64,000 nucleotides of DNA, from the NCBI RefSeq assembly GCF_001194135.2, contig NC_068991.1:17530483-17594482 (forward strand). The letters run 5' to 3'. The translations under genes were made by a program, and so were the position numbers. The stretch comes from Octopus bimaculoides. Taxonomy: Eukaryota. A model generated the notes under the pieces. That model did no database searches, was not told the origin of the DNA, and worked only from the letters and a program-made list of their open reading frames with translations. Shown one piece after another: positions 48,101 through 62,480 of this stretch. How positions within the stretch are numbered: position 1 is the first letter of the stretch; every line of letters begins with the position of its first letter.

Positions 48101-49219
48101 CATATATCAATGCATACGAACCCACTCAGACATGCTTGCATAAATACACACATTCTTATCTATCTATACACACACACATGTATGTATACAGATGTGTGTG
48201 TGTCTGCATATGTTAGCGTGTTTGTGTAAGAATGTTAATGACATTGTACTAAGAAATTTTGAACCTAAAAACCAAAAGACAGTCAACACAATTCATTTTG
48301 AATGTGTGTGTGTGTGTGTTTTATATTGAACAACTGAAAGGAAAGAATTGAGGTTCAGGTGGTAAAAGTCATGAGAATACTTTGATTGGAATGTCTTCCA
48401 GTTCCCTAGGGAAGTAGACAAGGAAAATATCCCATAACAAGACAGTTTATTGCATACTGATGACGATAATGGCAAAGGGGGCAATTAATTCTTACATTTT
48501 ATAGAAAATATTTCTGAATGTTTATGTAATTTTAAAATGTACTATCTACCTAACTATATCTAGATATGTCAATATAACTATATCTTTGTGTATGTATATG
48601 TTTATAAAGCTATTCATCCATGAAAGTGTTTATAACTGTGTGTGCATGGGTGTGTGTGTATATAAATACATATATATATACATATATATNNNNNNNNNNN
48701 NNNNNNNNNNNNNNNNNNNNNNNNNNNNNNNNNNNNNNNNNNNNNNNNNNNNNNNNNNNNNNNNNNNNNNNNNNNNNNNNNNNNNNNNNNNNNNNNNNNN
48801 NNNNNNNNNNNNNNNNNNNNNNNNNNNNNNNNNNNNNNNNNNNNNNNNNNNNNNNNNNNNNNNNNNNNNNNNNNNNNNNNNNNNNNNNNNNNNNNNNNNN
48901 NNNNNNNNNNNNNNNNNNNNNNNNNNNNNNNNNNNNNNNNNNNNNNNNNNNNNNNNNNNNNNNNNNNNNNNNNNNNNNNNNNNNNNNNNNNNNNNNNNNN
49001 NNNNNNNNNNNNNNNNNNNNNNNNNNNNNNNNNNNNNNNNNNNNNNNNNNNNNNNNNNNNNNNNNNNNNNNNNNNNNNNNNNNNNNNNNNNNNNNNNNNN
49101 NNNNNNNNNNNNNNNNNNNNNNNNNNNNNNNNNNNNNNNNNNNNNNNNNNNNNNNNNNNNNNCACACACACACACACTTGGTTGACTCACCTGAGAAACA
49201 AATAAGACTGTGTGTGTGT

Positions 49220-49268
<49 letters not shown>

Positions 49269-51544
49269 TATGCCTGGTATGTGTGTATATTTGTGTCTAT
49301 GCATGACTGTTGCTATGTTTTCAGTGTATACCTATATCACAAAACAGATGTGACTGGTATTATGTACACAGAAAAATGTACATAATCATTACAAAAATAA
49401 TTTATAACTCATCAAAGCTTTACAGCATAATAAAAAAAAAATTAGCAACATTAAAAAACAACTGGGTGGCGGGACAATAAATTTATAAGTTCTTTGTTAA
49501 GGTTTTTTTTTCCCATAGAGAACATTAATTTTCGAATATTGATGCAAAGACACAAAAGTTGGGAGAGGGAAGAAACAACTGTATCGACCCCATTAGTTGA
49601 CAAGTATTAACCTAAGAAGGAAGATATTATTATTATTATTTTTATTCGAAGGTAGAATCGTTAGCACGCTGGGCAAAATGCATAGCAGTATTTCACCTGA
49701 TGCTACATTCTGAGTTCAAATCCCACCGAGGTCGACTTTACCTTTCACCCTTTCAGGGTTACTGGGGCTGATGTAATAGACTCATCCGCTCCCCAAAAAT
49801 TGCTGCACTTGTGGCAACTTTTGAAATCGTCGTCGTCGTCGTCATCATCATCATCATCTGAAGGCAGTGAATTGGCAGAATTGTTAACACGCTGGGAGAA
49901 TTACTCAGCAGTATTTTGTCTGTCTTCATGTTCTGAGTTCAAATGCTACCAGGCTTGACTTTGTCTTTCATCCTTTCAGAGTTGATAAAATAAGTACCAG
50001 TTGAGTACTGGGATCAATGTGATTGACTTACCCTCTCCCTGCAAACTTCAGACATTGTGTCTTTAGTAGAAAGGCTGATTATTATTATTATTATCATTAT
50101 TCTTATTATTATTAATATTTTTATTATTTCATTCAGATATGGAATATTTTATAGAAATATTAAACTGATGTAGTAATGGTGGATATTGTCATCCTTTGAA
50201 ATTTCAGGCAAAATATGTGCGATGATTTGATATTTCTTTTCAAAAGTTTAAGTGAAATCACATAAGGAACTGTAGAGCTCTGGATTAAAGAGCTTGCATT
50301 TCAAACCTCAGTTTTTGAGTTCAAATCCTGCCAGGGTTAACTTTTCTTTTCTCTGGTTTGATAAATCAAGACTAGTCCCAAAACACTATTAATTCTGTTG
50401 ACTACATAGGCGTAGGAGTGGCTGCGTGGTAAGTAGCTTGCTTACGAACCACATGGTTCCGGGTTCAGTCCCATTGTGTGGCATCTTGGGCATACCAGCG
50501 CAATCGTCTCTCTTGCACACCACAACTGATGCTTCTTAGGTTCGACTTTTCTCTCAAGGTACTTACACTCCCTCCCCCATCACTGTGTGCTCTTCTACTC
50601 TCTCCATAACCACCTTCTCACAACTATACATCCGTTCCTCTCATCATATTTCTCTCCCCTCTCTCATCACCCACATCTAGAATTACTGTAGCCTCTCTCT
50701 TCTGTTTCCTTTAACTTATAGGGGCCACTTTAGAGCCTCAGTCTTGTAAGTTGCAAGGTGCCTCACTCACAGGCGCTAATGCCATGAAAACAAAACTCTC
50801 ATACATTATGTAAAGCAGCTGCCTTTAGGAAGGGCATCCAGCCATATAAGCCATGCCAAAGCAGACCTTGGGGTATGATATGGTCCTCTGACTTGAATTT
50901 GTCCAACTAACGTCTGCATGAAAGGAGGACATTGAAAAGGAGGAGAGAAGAGAAGGAGAGGAAGAAGATGAGAAGGATCTAGGTTGTTTTATATGGATAC
51001 TTAATTATTTAATTGACACCAATATTTGACTGGTACTGATTTTATTGATCTCAGAAGTATAAAAAGCAAAGTTTTAGTATTTTATTATAATTTCATTCAC
51101 ATTTAGGATGTTTTATAGGAACATTAAATTGACCCCCCAGTACTTGACTGGTACTTTGTTTCATTGATCACCAAAAATGAAAGGCAAAGTTAACTTAGGC
51201 AGGTTTTCAAACTGTAAATGTAAAGGAATTCAAGAAAATTCTGGAAGGTGTTTGATTTGCTGCTCTACTGTATCTGTCAATATACTACAACCTAACATAC
51301 ATCTTAAACAATTCAGCTGTTCACACCAGATGAAATGAAAGTATTTTTCCTGGGTTTTTTTTTTTTTTTCAAGGTTCAAACAAAACTTGTCTGATCGTAC
51401 CAACATGAAACAAATTCACAGGACATATTTTTAAAAAAATGTTTTTGAGATCTTACAAAAATTTAGGTTACACAATTGATATACTTATAAAAGCACAGTG
51501 GTATCATCAACCACCACCACCACCACCATCACCGATTTAAATAT

Positions 51545-51865
51545 AGTACTGGAGGCAATAAGAAAAGTGTTTAAGACTGGCTGTCCATGAGAACACCTTA
51601 TACATTGATGACCTAGTTCTCACAGCTGAACTATTGAAGGTTTAGAGGAGAATTTTCAAACATGGAAGTGAAGCCAGAAATTGACAAGTCTGAAAGTAAA
51701 TCAAGCAAAGACAAGAGTTTTAGTTTGCAAGAAAAGAAAGGTTGCTACTGCCATCTTGAAAGTGACCATATTCAAAATTCAAAAAAGGGAGAAGGTAGGA
51801 ATTCCATACAGTGCACTCAATGTAAACTCTGGGTGCACAAGTGATGCAATGAGAACACAAACAGG
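51545..51865 (+). mobile_element. RTE-clade LINE reverse-transcriptase fragment
   Basis: IVLEAIRKVFKTGCP*E / LYIDDLVLTAE / LKVNQAKTRVLV / NSIQCTQCKLWVHK. Confidence 0.85.
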
Positions 51866-52116
51866 CTGACAGAAAAGGACTTTGTATGAACCAGGTGTGC
51901 CAAACTAATTGATGATGATGATGACAAAGAATAGCCAACATTTTTTGCTGGTATTTACTAGAGCATGACAAATATTTTGTTATTCAATGCACACACTTTT
52001 CCCCAATACCTTGATGATGACACTAGGGGGCTCAACGGAATGTTAGGTAACTGTCCAATTATGTAATCCTGTGCTCATCAGAGGTGACTGCTATAGAATG
52101 AAATATGGCAACTGTG

Positions 52117-52149
<33 letters not shown>

Positions 52150-52204
52150 GGTGATTGGAAAAATGAAAGAAAGAGGCGCTCAGCACATTTAGTAGGAGTT
52201 ACAT

Positions 52205-52385
52205 ATATTATTATTTAAAACAATTTGATTCAGCTCCATGCATCTTAAAGTTTTGTAGGCTTCTTACAGAAACCTAGCTCACTGGGGTCAGTTAACTGAT
52301 CCAAATGAGCTAAGTTTCTGTAAGAAGCCTACAAAATTTTAAGATGCATGGGACCAAATCAAACTGTTTTTAACAATAATAATAT
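52205..52385. repeat. Palindromic MITE-like element, arms of about 88 bp with no loop
   Basis: Centre cagtt|aactg at 52293/52294; arms mostly complementary, differences mainly transitions. Confidence 0.9.
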
Positions 52386-54184
52386 ACATATATATAATAT
52401 AATATCAAGAAATCAAGAATTTATATTGCATGGTATTTAATACACCATTATTTGTTTTTGTTGTTCCAACACAAGCCACTGTATTTAAACCAAAATGATC
52501 TAAGTAGATAACTTTGGTTTAAATTTTATATATACATATAATTTTTCACACATACTTACTGTTTATCTCTCAATCATTCTCTCCTCACTCCGTTGTACCA
52601 CTTACTGGTACAGGACTCACCTGCTTTCTATATGACATGCACCATCCTTGTCACTAACCCAACAACTCAGCTCATCACCTATGAGTAGGTAGATCCACTG
52701 GACCACTTGTACCCTATCCATGCTGCCTTTACCCTCCCCTTCTGTACTACCTATCATCATCCCCACCTCATTCTGTCTGAAAGCATATTTTTATTCTGTT
52801 TCTCCCAAGTACCCTGGACCTTGGTTATATCTCTGTCCTGTGGACTATATAGACTTCTGTCTCCTCCCTGCCATTTCAGTTTTATTGCTTTCAATATTTG
52901 TACCAATCTCAGAACACAGAGTACTCCTATTGCTCATCCCACTGTAACATATCTCTCTCATCACCACCTTTCAGGCCTAAATCACTCCTGCTTTCCACTC
53001 TGTAAAGAAGCTACTGGGCAAGAAGAAGCATTAGGTTCTGACTCCCATTAGTTGTGATAAGGACATGGCTACCACTCTAGTATTGGTATCACAAATACAT
53101 CCAGCACACTTTGTAAAGCATAAGTTTGTGCAGTTCCTTTAGCCATGATGAGGACATAACATTTCCCTAGTATGGGTGGCATGAAAAAAAAAAACAGAAA
53201 GCATCCAGCACACTGGCAAGTGGATGGTATTGGGAAGGGTGACTAGCTGTAGAAACCAAGCCAAAATGGAATGCAAGCAAGATAACTGCATTCTTTGGCC
53301 CATGTATGTTACCAGATCTATCCTACCTATGCCAACATGGACAGCAGACATAAAACGACGATGACAACGGTGATATCTATGTATTTCAGTTTTGATATAA
53401 ACAAAACTACAACAACAACACCATTTCCACCAATAACAACAAAGACAGATGTTATACAATACATTTTATCAGTTCTGGTCCATTGCTCAGATGAGTAAGT
53501 GGTTATTGTTAGTTGAAAATATGTGGTTAATTTTAGCACACAACTGCCTGGCTGTCTGTTTTTCTGTCAGTCAAAATCTATCTATCCATTTGTCTGCATT
53601 TTTCAAAACAATCTACAGACCTGTATATGTATGTGTGTGTGTATGTAAAACACACACACACACACACACGTGTGCGCGCGCGTGTGTGTGTGTGTGTGTG
53701 TACACTCATGCATGCGTGTATGTGCATGAAATATTTGACTGGTGTCAAATTTAAATTCATAAGGAGGGTTAAAGTTTGGTAAAACTTCACCATTTGATAG
53801 AATTAGTATTACTGTCACAGAACAGCCACAGTTTAATGTAAAGCCAGTAAAAGAGAAAAACAAATATCCATTGACTTTTAAGGTAAACCAGTGAGTATTT
53901 CAGAGATACTAATGTAACACTCAGACAGGATCAGCTTGACACAGTGTATGACAAGGCACACCCTTTGAACAACAGATAAAAACTATTAGACGAGCTTCTG
54001 CACCGTCTGTATTTACTGGACTTTAGACCACATCAGAACACACTTATCTGTGGTAGCATCAAATTCAGGACCTTATGACATAGAGTGAAACAAAGCAGGC
54101 CCTTTAATGACAGATACAGTCCATCAGACAAACTTCACTACAGTTTCTGTACATCTGACTTGGGTCTATGTCAGATGATACTTG

Positions 54185-54465
54185 CCCGAGGTCCCTAGTG
54201 GTTGGATCAAGGTCAAGTGGGGGTGGGATCGAAGTCCCTAATGGTGGGATCAAAGTCCCAAGTGATATGATTGAGGTCCCTAGTGGTAGGATCGAGATTC
54301 CCAGTGGTGGTATTCAAGTCTCTAGTGGTGTGATCAAGGTCCCCAGTTATGGGATCAACGTCCCTAGTGATGGGATCAAAATCCCTAGTGGTGAAAAGTC
54401 CCTAATGATGGAATCAAGGTCCCTAGTGATAGAATCAATAGGATTGAAGTCCCTCATGGTGAGAT
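54185..54465. repeat. Degenerate 21-bp minisatellite, consensus ggatcaaggtccctagtggtg
   Basis: Tandem units visible. Confidence 0.85.
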
Positions 54466-54537
54466 CAACTTTGGCATCTCATGATTGCAAAATGAACTTC
54501 AGTCATCTGCCATGTCTACATCCTATTAGACATACAA

Positions 54538-54568
<31 letters not shown>

Positions 54569-54887
54569 CACACACACGCACACACACACATGCACGCACA
54601 CACACATACATAGAGGACATGATGACCTCTTGTGGTGGTACCATGATAAAGTGCACCTATTACACTTTGTAAAATGATTGGGGTTAAAAGAGTTGTCTAG
54701 TTATAAAAACTACACCAAAAAATAGGTGCAAGCATGGCTGTGAGGTAAGAAGCTTACTTTCCAACCATATAGTTCTGGGGTTCAGCCCCACTGCATGGCA
54801 CCTTGGGCAAGTGTCTTCTACTATAGCCTCAGGCTGACCAAAGCCTTGTGAGTGGATTTGGTAGACGGAAACTAAAAGAAGCTCGTC

Positions 54888-54932
<45 letters not shown>

Positions 54933-55234
54933 NNNNNNNNNNNNNNNNNNNNNNNNNNNNNNNNNNNNNNNNNNNNNNNNNNNNNNNNNNNNNNNNNNNN
55001 NNNNNNNNNNNNNNNNNNNNNNNNNNNNNNNNNNNNNNNNNNNNNNNNNNNNNNNNNNNNNNNNNNNNNNNNNNNNNNNNNNNNNNNNNNNNNNNNNNNN
55101 NNNNNNNNNNNNNNNNNNNNNNNNNNNNNNNNNNNNNNNNNNNNNNNNNNNNNNNNNNNNNNNNNNNNNNNNNNNNNNNNNNNNNNNNNNNNNNNNNNNN
55201 NNNNNNNNNNNNNNNNNNNNNNNNNNNNNNNNNN

Positions 55235-55265
<31 letters not shown>

Positions 55266-56387
55266 GTGTGTATGTGTCTTTGTGTCTGTGTTTATCCCCC
55301 CCATCATTGCTTGACAACTGATGTTGGTATGTTTACATCCCTGTAACTTTGCAGTTCAGCAAAAGACACTGATAGAATGAGTACTACGCTTACAAATAAT
55401 AAGCCCTGGGGTTAATTTAAAGGGGTTTGATGATAATGACAATGTTGATGATCATGTGTGTGTGTGAGTGCCTGTGTACACACACACACACACAGATATA
55501 TATTTTTATTTATACACCTTAATATCTACCAACATAAATACATATAAATATGCACACACCAATACATTCCTGTGCATTCAACATGTGGCATAAAAATTAA
55601 GTAAACGGCAAAGTGTATGTTTTTGTGTGTGTGCATGTGTGTATGCACATGTACATGTGCATTGGGTGAACTTCATGCAATTTTCCTCAACTATTGCAGC
55701 TAATACTGAACATGAGAGAGAGAAAATTAACCAAGTCCTGAATCGGATTTACACTGTTTTGTGTTTGAGAGATATTTATTCAAACAAGTTCACAACAGTG
55801 AAAAAAGTGTGTGTGTGTGTGGGGGGGGGTATCTACATATGCATACCTCATAAACACATCTATTATATACTCAGACATTTAACAATAATCAAGTTTTCAA
55901 CAATCCAAAAGCATTATCATCACAACCATTCTACAAATACATTAAATACACACATGCTTCTGTCTTAAAAAAAAAAAGATCTTATCTAAGATGACAGCTG
56001 ACAGTGTAATGTGACATACATGGCGTTTGAACAAAAAAGAAATGAGAAAAGAAGATAGTCATCATTAGAATGCTTTTGATCATGGACTGACCTGGGGTTA
56101 AAAAGTAACAACTAATATTAGTAAGGACACTGTAAAGATACTTTTGTAAAGCAGAAGGGGATAGAGTGGTGGGCTAAATATAAGTCAGTTACTAACATGG
56201 GTGAACTATTTATATGACTTTTCTAGTGAACCAGGAGAGGAATGACATCCAGTGACAACCTTCCAGTTATGGGGTCATAACACAATGATATTTATAAATA
56301 TTTCACATTGGGAAAATTAAATGAGATTAAAAGACAGAGCATTACAGAGAGGTGGAGCAAAGGGTTAAAGGGAGTACAGGATAAAGA

Positions 56388-56695
56388 TCTCCTTTGGTCA
56401 TGAATGACCATGGGATTGCATCTAGAAAGTTACCCTCCAAAGCACAAGTCCAAGCAAAGTTGTTTATGGAAGACTAACAGTCGCCCATGCATATCAGCCT
56501 CCCCTCTCCACACCGTGGAAGTTATCCAAGGGAAAGGCAGAGGTCTATACAGCTTGGCACCCGTGACATTGCAACTCATTTCTACAGCTGAGTGAACTGT
56601 AGCGACATGAAATAAAGTGTTTTGCTCAAGAACATAACACACAGCCTGGTCCAGGGATTGAACTCACTACCTCATGATTGTGAGCCTGATGCTGA
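56388..56695 (-). mobile_element. tRNA-derived SINE with CORE-like segment
   Basis: gtgaactgtagcgacatgaaataaagtgttttgctcaagaacataacac...gggattgaactcactacctcatgattgtgagc; fragments also at 13460-13550 and 30620-30750. Confidence 0.7.
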
Positions 56696-57036
56696 TCAAT
56701 TTTATATTATACCTGCTGCTTACAATGGAAACTATATCTCCCTGCAGTACTGCAGAAATTCAGCAGGAACCTCTGCATAGTTAGGGTTACACCTACTAGA
56801 AATAGCAGCCAAATTTCCATCAAATTCCATTGTCCCACTTTAGAAATATAGAACACATTAGATAATGTAGCACTCATTACACTATATAAAAAAAGGTAAA
56901 CACAGGATGATCATGGCTGGAAGGTATTTGGTCATAGGTCCACTGGATCAGAGCTGACCTGGAGTTAAGCAACACCAATCTGAGCCTCATTCAAATTCCT
57001 AAAAATATCAGCAAAACATACCTACAATCTTAATAT

Positions 57037-57424
57037 GTTGTTGTTGGCACTCCGTCGCTTACAACGTCGAGGGTTCCAGTTGATCCAATCAACAGAACAG
57101 CCTGCTTGTGAAATTAACGTGCAAGTGGCTGAGCACTCCACAGACACGTGTACCCTTAACGTAGTTCTCGGGGATATTCAGCCTGACACAGTGGGACAAG
57201 GCTGGCCCTTTGAATTATAGGCACAACAGAAACAGGAAGTAAGAGTGAGAGAAAGTTGTGGTGAAAGAGTACAGCAGGGTTTGCCACCATCCCCTGCCGG
57301 AGCCTCGTGGAGCTTTAGGTGTTTTCACTCAATAAACACTCACAACGCCCGGTCTAGGAATCGAAACTGCGATCCTATAACCACGTGTCCGCTGCCCTAA
57401 CCACTAGGCCATTGCGCCTTCACA
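57037..57424 (-). mobile_element. tRNA-derived SINE with (caa)n tail and 13-bp target-site duplication
   Basis: Reverse complement of 1828-2210; acaatcttaatat at 57024-57036 and 57422-57434. Confidence 0.9.
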
Positions 57425-58964
57425 ATCTTAATATAGGAAAGAAACATTTAACATAGACTAATATACACTAAAAGATGAGATGGTCAAAGCTGGAATACTA
57501 TGGATTATAGATTTGCTTCATGAAGCTGGCCCTAACCTAAACTACACCACTAACAGCAACAACATCTTAGATCCTAGTAGATTGTCATCCAGAGTACAGT
57601 AACTTAGTTACAAACACAATATAGGATTGTCAATAGGTATGTCGTGTCTACCTTGAATCTAGTTATCTGATACCTTACACACTTGACCATCTGCATTAGA
57701 TATATAACTTCAATGTTAGTCAGTATAGTAATATAGGTTGCAGTCATGTATTATGTCCAAAATCTGTAAGTTAACCTAGGTGCAGCACATAACATTCTGC
57801 GGTTTGCACTTCTGGCACATTCCTCAGGTGTAATAATGAATTCTAAAATATGCACAATGCCTAACAATGAACTCTAAAATAGAGACAGTGGAGTAATCAA
57901 TCATGTCAAGCCAAATACTTGACTAGTATGTTGTTTTTATTGAAAAAAATGAAAGGTCAAGTTGAACCTTGGCAGGATTGGAACTCATACCATAATGAGA
58001 TGTAACTAGATAACACAAGGCAATTTGTCAGCAGCTTTATGAAACCTACTGAGCCACTCTTCAGATGTCAGCATGTAAAGCGTAAATGTCTCTTAATCCT
58101 TTGAACTCATGAGTATACTTTAGCAAGGTTGAATTCATTTGACTATACCCATAGAAGATACAGAAGTGAATGGACACATGGTTTTATGTGTTTGACTGAA
58201 AATAACAATGTTTCTACCAATTAGTGAGTTGTAAATACAAAATCCTGCTACTGCCTGCTTTTGCATCTTTCAGGAATAATAATCAAATAATATTATCCCT
58301 ATTACAAAGTATACTTGCAGCATCAAAGGGTTAAGTCCTGGACAGAAGAAGGACAAGAGTGTTTTCAAGGGTCAGTTGCATTATCTACATTACCTCACTT
58401 CTCTCATGTAGTAATCTGGTAGAGTCATCAGAACAGAGGACAAAATGCCTTGTAGTGTTTGTTCCAATTTTCTATGGTGAGAAGCTGAGATACATAGATG
58501 TTAACCAGAGGAGATATTTGGGGAAAAAGCTAGATGAGGTCAGAAATCAGAAGACTTTAAACTACCGAGTAATGCAAAGACATGATATGGTTCAGACAAA
58601 TCTAACCCATGCCAACACAGAAAACAAAAATTAAGATACTAAAATGGTGGTAGTGGTAGTTGTAACACTGACGAAGGTTAAGGTGACCTGCGTAGGACTT
58701 TAACACAGAACCACGAAAACACATGACGATAACAAAAAAGTAGACTTCCTACGTAAAAAAAAAAAAAAGTACCAATCCCATCTTCCATAATCTTACTATG
58801 TTTGCACCAAATACCACCTTGATCCACACAAGAGAGCAATAAATTCTTTAACTCTGCCTTCATCAAAATTCCAACATTGTCTTTTTTTCTTCTTTCCATT
58901 CCTCCTCAAGACTTCTCGATGAATCACAATAAACTTCCACACAAACATGAAATCCCTCTACTCC

Positions 58965-59013
<49 letters not shown>

Positions 59014-61849
59014 CTTGCACACATACAAACATATGTACACACATAGAAGACAACCTAGGCAGACAGGTTTTAAAAACAAAACGAAATCTATGATAATATT
59101 TACACTGACACTTAACATTCCTGTTTAACTTGCATTTCACATCCTCCACTGGTTTGTAACTGACCTTCAAGGCAGAACTGGGCGGGTGCAGTGACTGGAG
59201 GATGGGTGGGAGTCACTATACTATGTCATCATTAAGATCCACCCCACAACCCCTCATTATAAAATAACAACCAGAGGCTAAACCAAATGTGTCTGTGTGT
59301 CTTGCAAGTAAATAGGAAACAACTGGAGAAGACAGAGCTGACTGATCTTTTTTTTTCTATCTCTATTAGGGTGGGACTAGAAAGGATTGGTGGGGAATTC
59401 CAGGGCAAGGTGTGAACTATAAAGTCACTCCAGAACCCTATAAACCTATTCTAGAGAGTCAACAAGGGTAACATCTATGTAGTTGCTTCACCTTTTAGAA
59501 ATAGCAACCAAATCTCCTTCAAATCACACCCTACCCACTTGGGGGGAAAAAAAAAGCCATTATGGATGGAATTCCTTTTATCACAGATATGTTCACTCAA
59601 GGTTGACTTGAATCTAAACAACAATGATTGTAAAGTACTTTACAAAACCAATGCAAGAGCTGTACCTTGTAGAAATAGGAGTCGAATCACTCTCAAATCA
59701 CACACTACTGGCTTAGAAAAAGAGTAAGGACACTTAAATAAGGTAGGTACACTACATCAGAGGAAAAAGATATTATGGTCTTGGCTAGAAGCTAGCTGGA
59801 TCAGGACTGACCTGAAGTTAGACAGAATTTCCAGAACAATACCTTGTTCTTTAGTCACTGTCAATCATTTTTCATCTACTTCACTGCCAGGAAAGTTACG
59901 AACAGCAACAAAATTCATCTTATTTGTCTCTTTTAAGACACAGCATCACTTATGGTTATGACTTTATTAATCTATTGTAGATTGGTGAACTGGTTGAATG
60001 GTTAGTAGGTCCGAAAAAACGCTTAGTGGCATTTATTCCAGTTTTATTCATAACTATTCAGTTAATAGATTTAACCTTATCAAATCTACCATCATCAGCA
60101 CAGAATTTTCACTTTATGCCAGTTTTCAATCTACAACTATTTTCTTTCTCCATATTTGGGAGTATTTTATTTCAGTGCTAAAGATCAACTCCAGAACTCT
60201 ACCGTTAAATTTGGGCCTTTTCACCCCAATCTCTTTGATGCCTTTCTCAGTTTTTACTTAGTTTGTTATACTAACAGTGATACATCTACTTGATTAATAA
60301 GCTCTTGCTTGAGTCAGCAGCAAGAGCTACAAATAGTCATTGAACCCTCTAAATACAGTCAATAGGAGAGAGAGCCATGCCAACTTGAGACAGTGTCAGG
60401 ATATTGGGAGCTAGCATCAAGTTATTGCGAGATGGTGTCATCCCTGGTTGAGACAACACCAAACCAGTTCAGGTCAATACCAACCCAACTTGAAATAGAA
60501 CTGTGCTGGCTTAAGATAGTACCATGCTAGATTCAGATGCTATTATACGAGCTTGGGACAATATCACATCAGCCTGGGTCAGTTTTATGTTAGTCTAAGA
60601 TATTAGTACACAACTTAATGTCAGATGTATGCAATATGAACAACATAAAGGCAGTTTAATATAGTATGATTCCAACTTATTGTAAACAATATCACAGTAT
60701 ATTGCCAACTAACATATGACAAGTCTTACTAATTCATGACAAGATGTTGCTATCTTATGATAGGACATTGTCTTCGTATCACAAGATGGCAATTAACTTG
60801 AAGCATTATCATTAAGACATCTTGCTATCTTGTCATAAAATGAAATGATTGTAAGCCATTGCCATTTCATGACATTATTACTTTATTCTCACTGCAACAT
60901 ACCAAGTGTATGACAATGTTACATTCTTCCTTTTATTTAGTTTAACTATTATTACAGAGTGGGTGGTAGTAAATTTTAAACAAGCAAAGAAGGTAGACAA
61001 ACAGGTTACGAATTACTAAATATCATCATCATCATCATCACCTTCACCACAAGTAGTATTAGTAATAGTAGAGGACAGGATGTATTCCCTATTTTTGTTA
61101 TTGCAATCTGAAAACCAGTAGTGCATGAAAATGCACCACCTGCTCCATGCTGTGTTGTATTGCTGTATGTACATACACTCTGTCAAACCATAGAAAACAA
61201 GGTTAAAAGTCAAGAAGGTAATATAAAAAAATTTTAGAAAGAATGATAAATAAAATTACACAACCAATCACCTCACTGGAAAAAAATGCAATGAAAGAAA
61301 AGCAAATGATTAGTTAGGTTTTAAATGGCTAATTCCAGAAATAATTCAACAGGAAGCTTAATATATTGGTGGGAGATGAGGTGATGTGAGATTTTCTTGG
61401 TGAAACTGAGATGTTGCATAGGCATTAAAATCCAGTATTGTCTTCAAAAGAAATACCATCTATTCTCAAACACTTCTGTTTCTGAGAAGACACTAAAAAC
61501 ACAAATTACAGAAGCAGTGGTGGAGGTCATAGAACCATACAGGAGAATCGATTATCATAATGATAATAATAATAATGGTTTCAAATTTTGGCACAAGGCC
61601 AACAATACTGATTACATTGACTCGAGCACTTCACTAGTACTTACACCCAGAACTGCAGCTTAGTCAAAGAAATGAACTGTGCAAAAATACATGCCACGTA
61701 AATGACAACTGCACTTTTGCACTGCTGTCATTATTAAGGAATCTCTAGGGTTCTGTCTGCTTCAATGTGAATCTGTGTATCATCAGCCATGTCATTCCAT
61801 GATCCTCCAAGAGTTGGCATCCCTTCTAGTAGTTGAAAGAGCATATGCT

Positions 61850-62480
61850 CTAATTTGGTCAGCTATTTTTTGGTACAATGCATGCTAGTTAGATGACAAT
61901 ATAGCACTCAAACAGTGTAGAGGTTAAAGATTAAATGGACTACTTCTATCCAGCCTTTCAGAGACAGCTTTCTCTCAACTCATTTCCAAGTACGACTGGC
62001 CACCCTCCTCATGATCTCATCCCAGATTTTCATCGTATATTTTTTCACTTGATTGTCCAGTCTGAACCAGACCCAAAACACTTTAACTGGACACTCAGTC
62101 CAACTACAAACAGGGCCATCTTAAGAGCATTATAGGCCTCCTGGGCAAAGTAACATAGTGGGGCTCCTACACACACATAGTGGGGCTCATACACCCTACA
62201 AGTACACCACAGTATATATACTTTAGCACTGGGCTCCTAGATCCATGGTAGCCCCAGACGACTACCCAGTGTACTTAAGATGGCTCTGGCTAAAGATGTC
62301 ACCATCCCACATAGACTTGCCACTCCAGACATTGAGTTGCACGCCTACCAACTTGTCCCAGTTAATGCATATTCCTGTTATTCCTTCAGAATGCTAACAA
62401 CCCCATGATTTCTGATCACAGTGACATTGTCCATGTATACAGACAGGGTTCTCAATACCAACTGCTTGCGAGACTCTACA
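61850..62480 (-). mobile_element. Degenerate L1/Tx1-clade LINE RT fragment
   Basis: LSVYMDNVTVI (YADD-like) followed by INWDKLVGVQLNVWSGKSM, resembling the Tx1 KIN..KSVGL.LG.W.GKSM motif. Confidence 0.6.

Noticed and set aside
44657-55346. Many ORF-track entries full of X, YI or CV repeats (also 3759-4421, 32858-33298, 41023-41460)
   Set aside because: Artefacts of N gaps and (TA)n/(CA)n microsatellites
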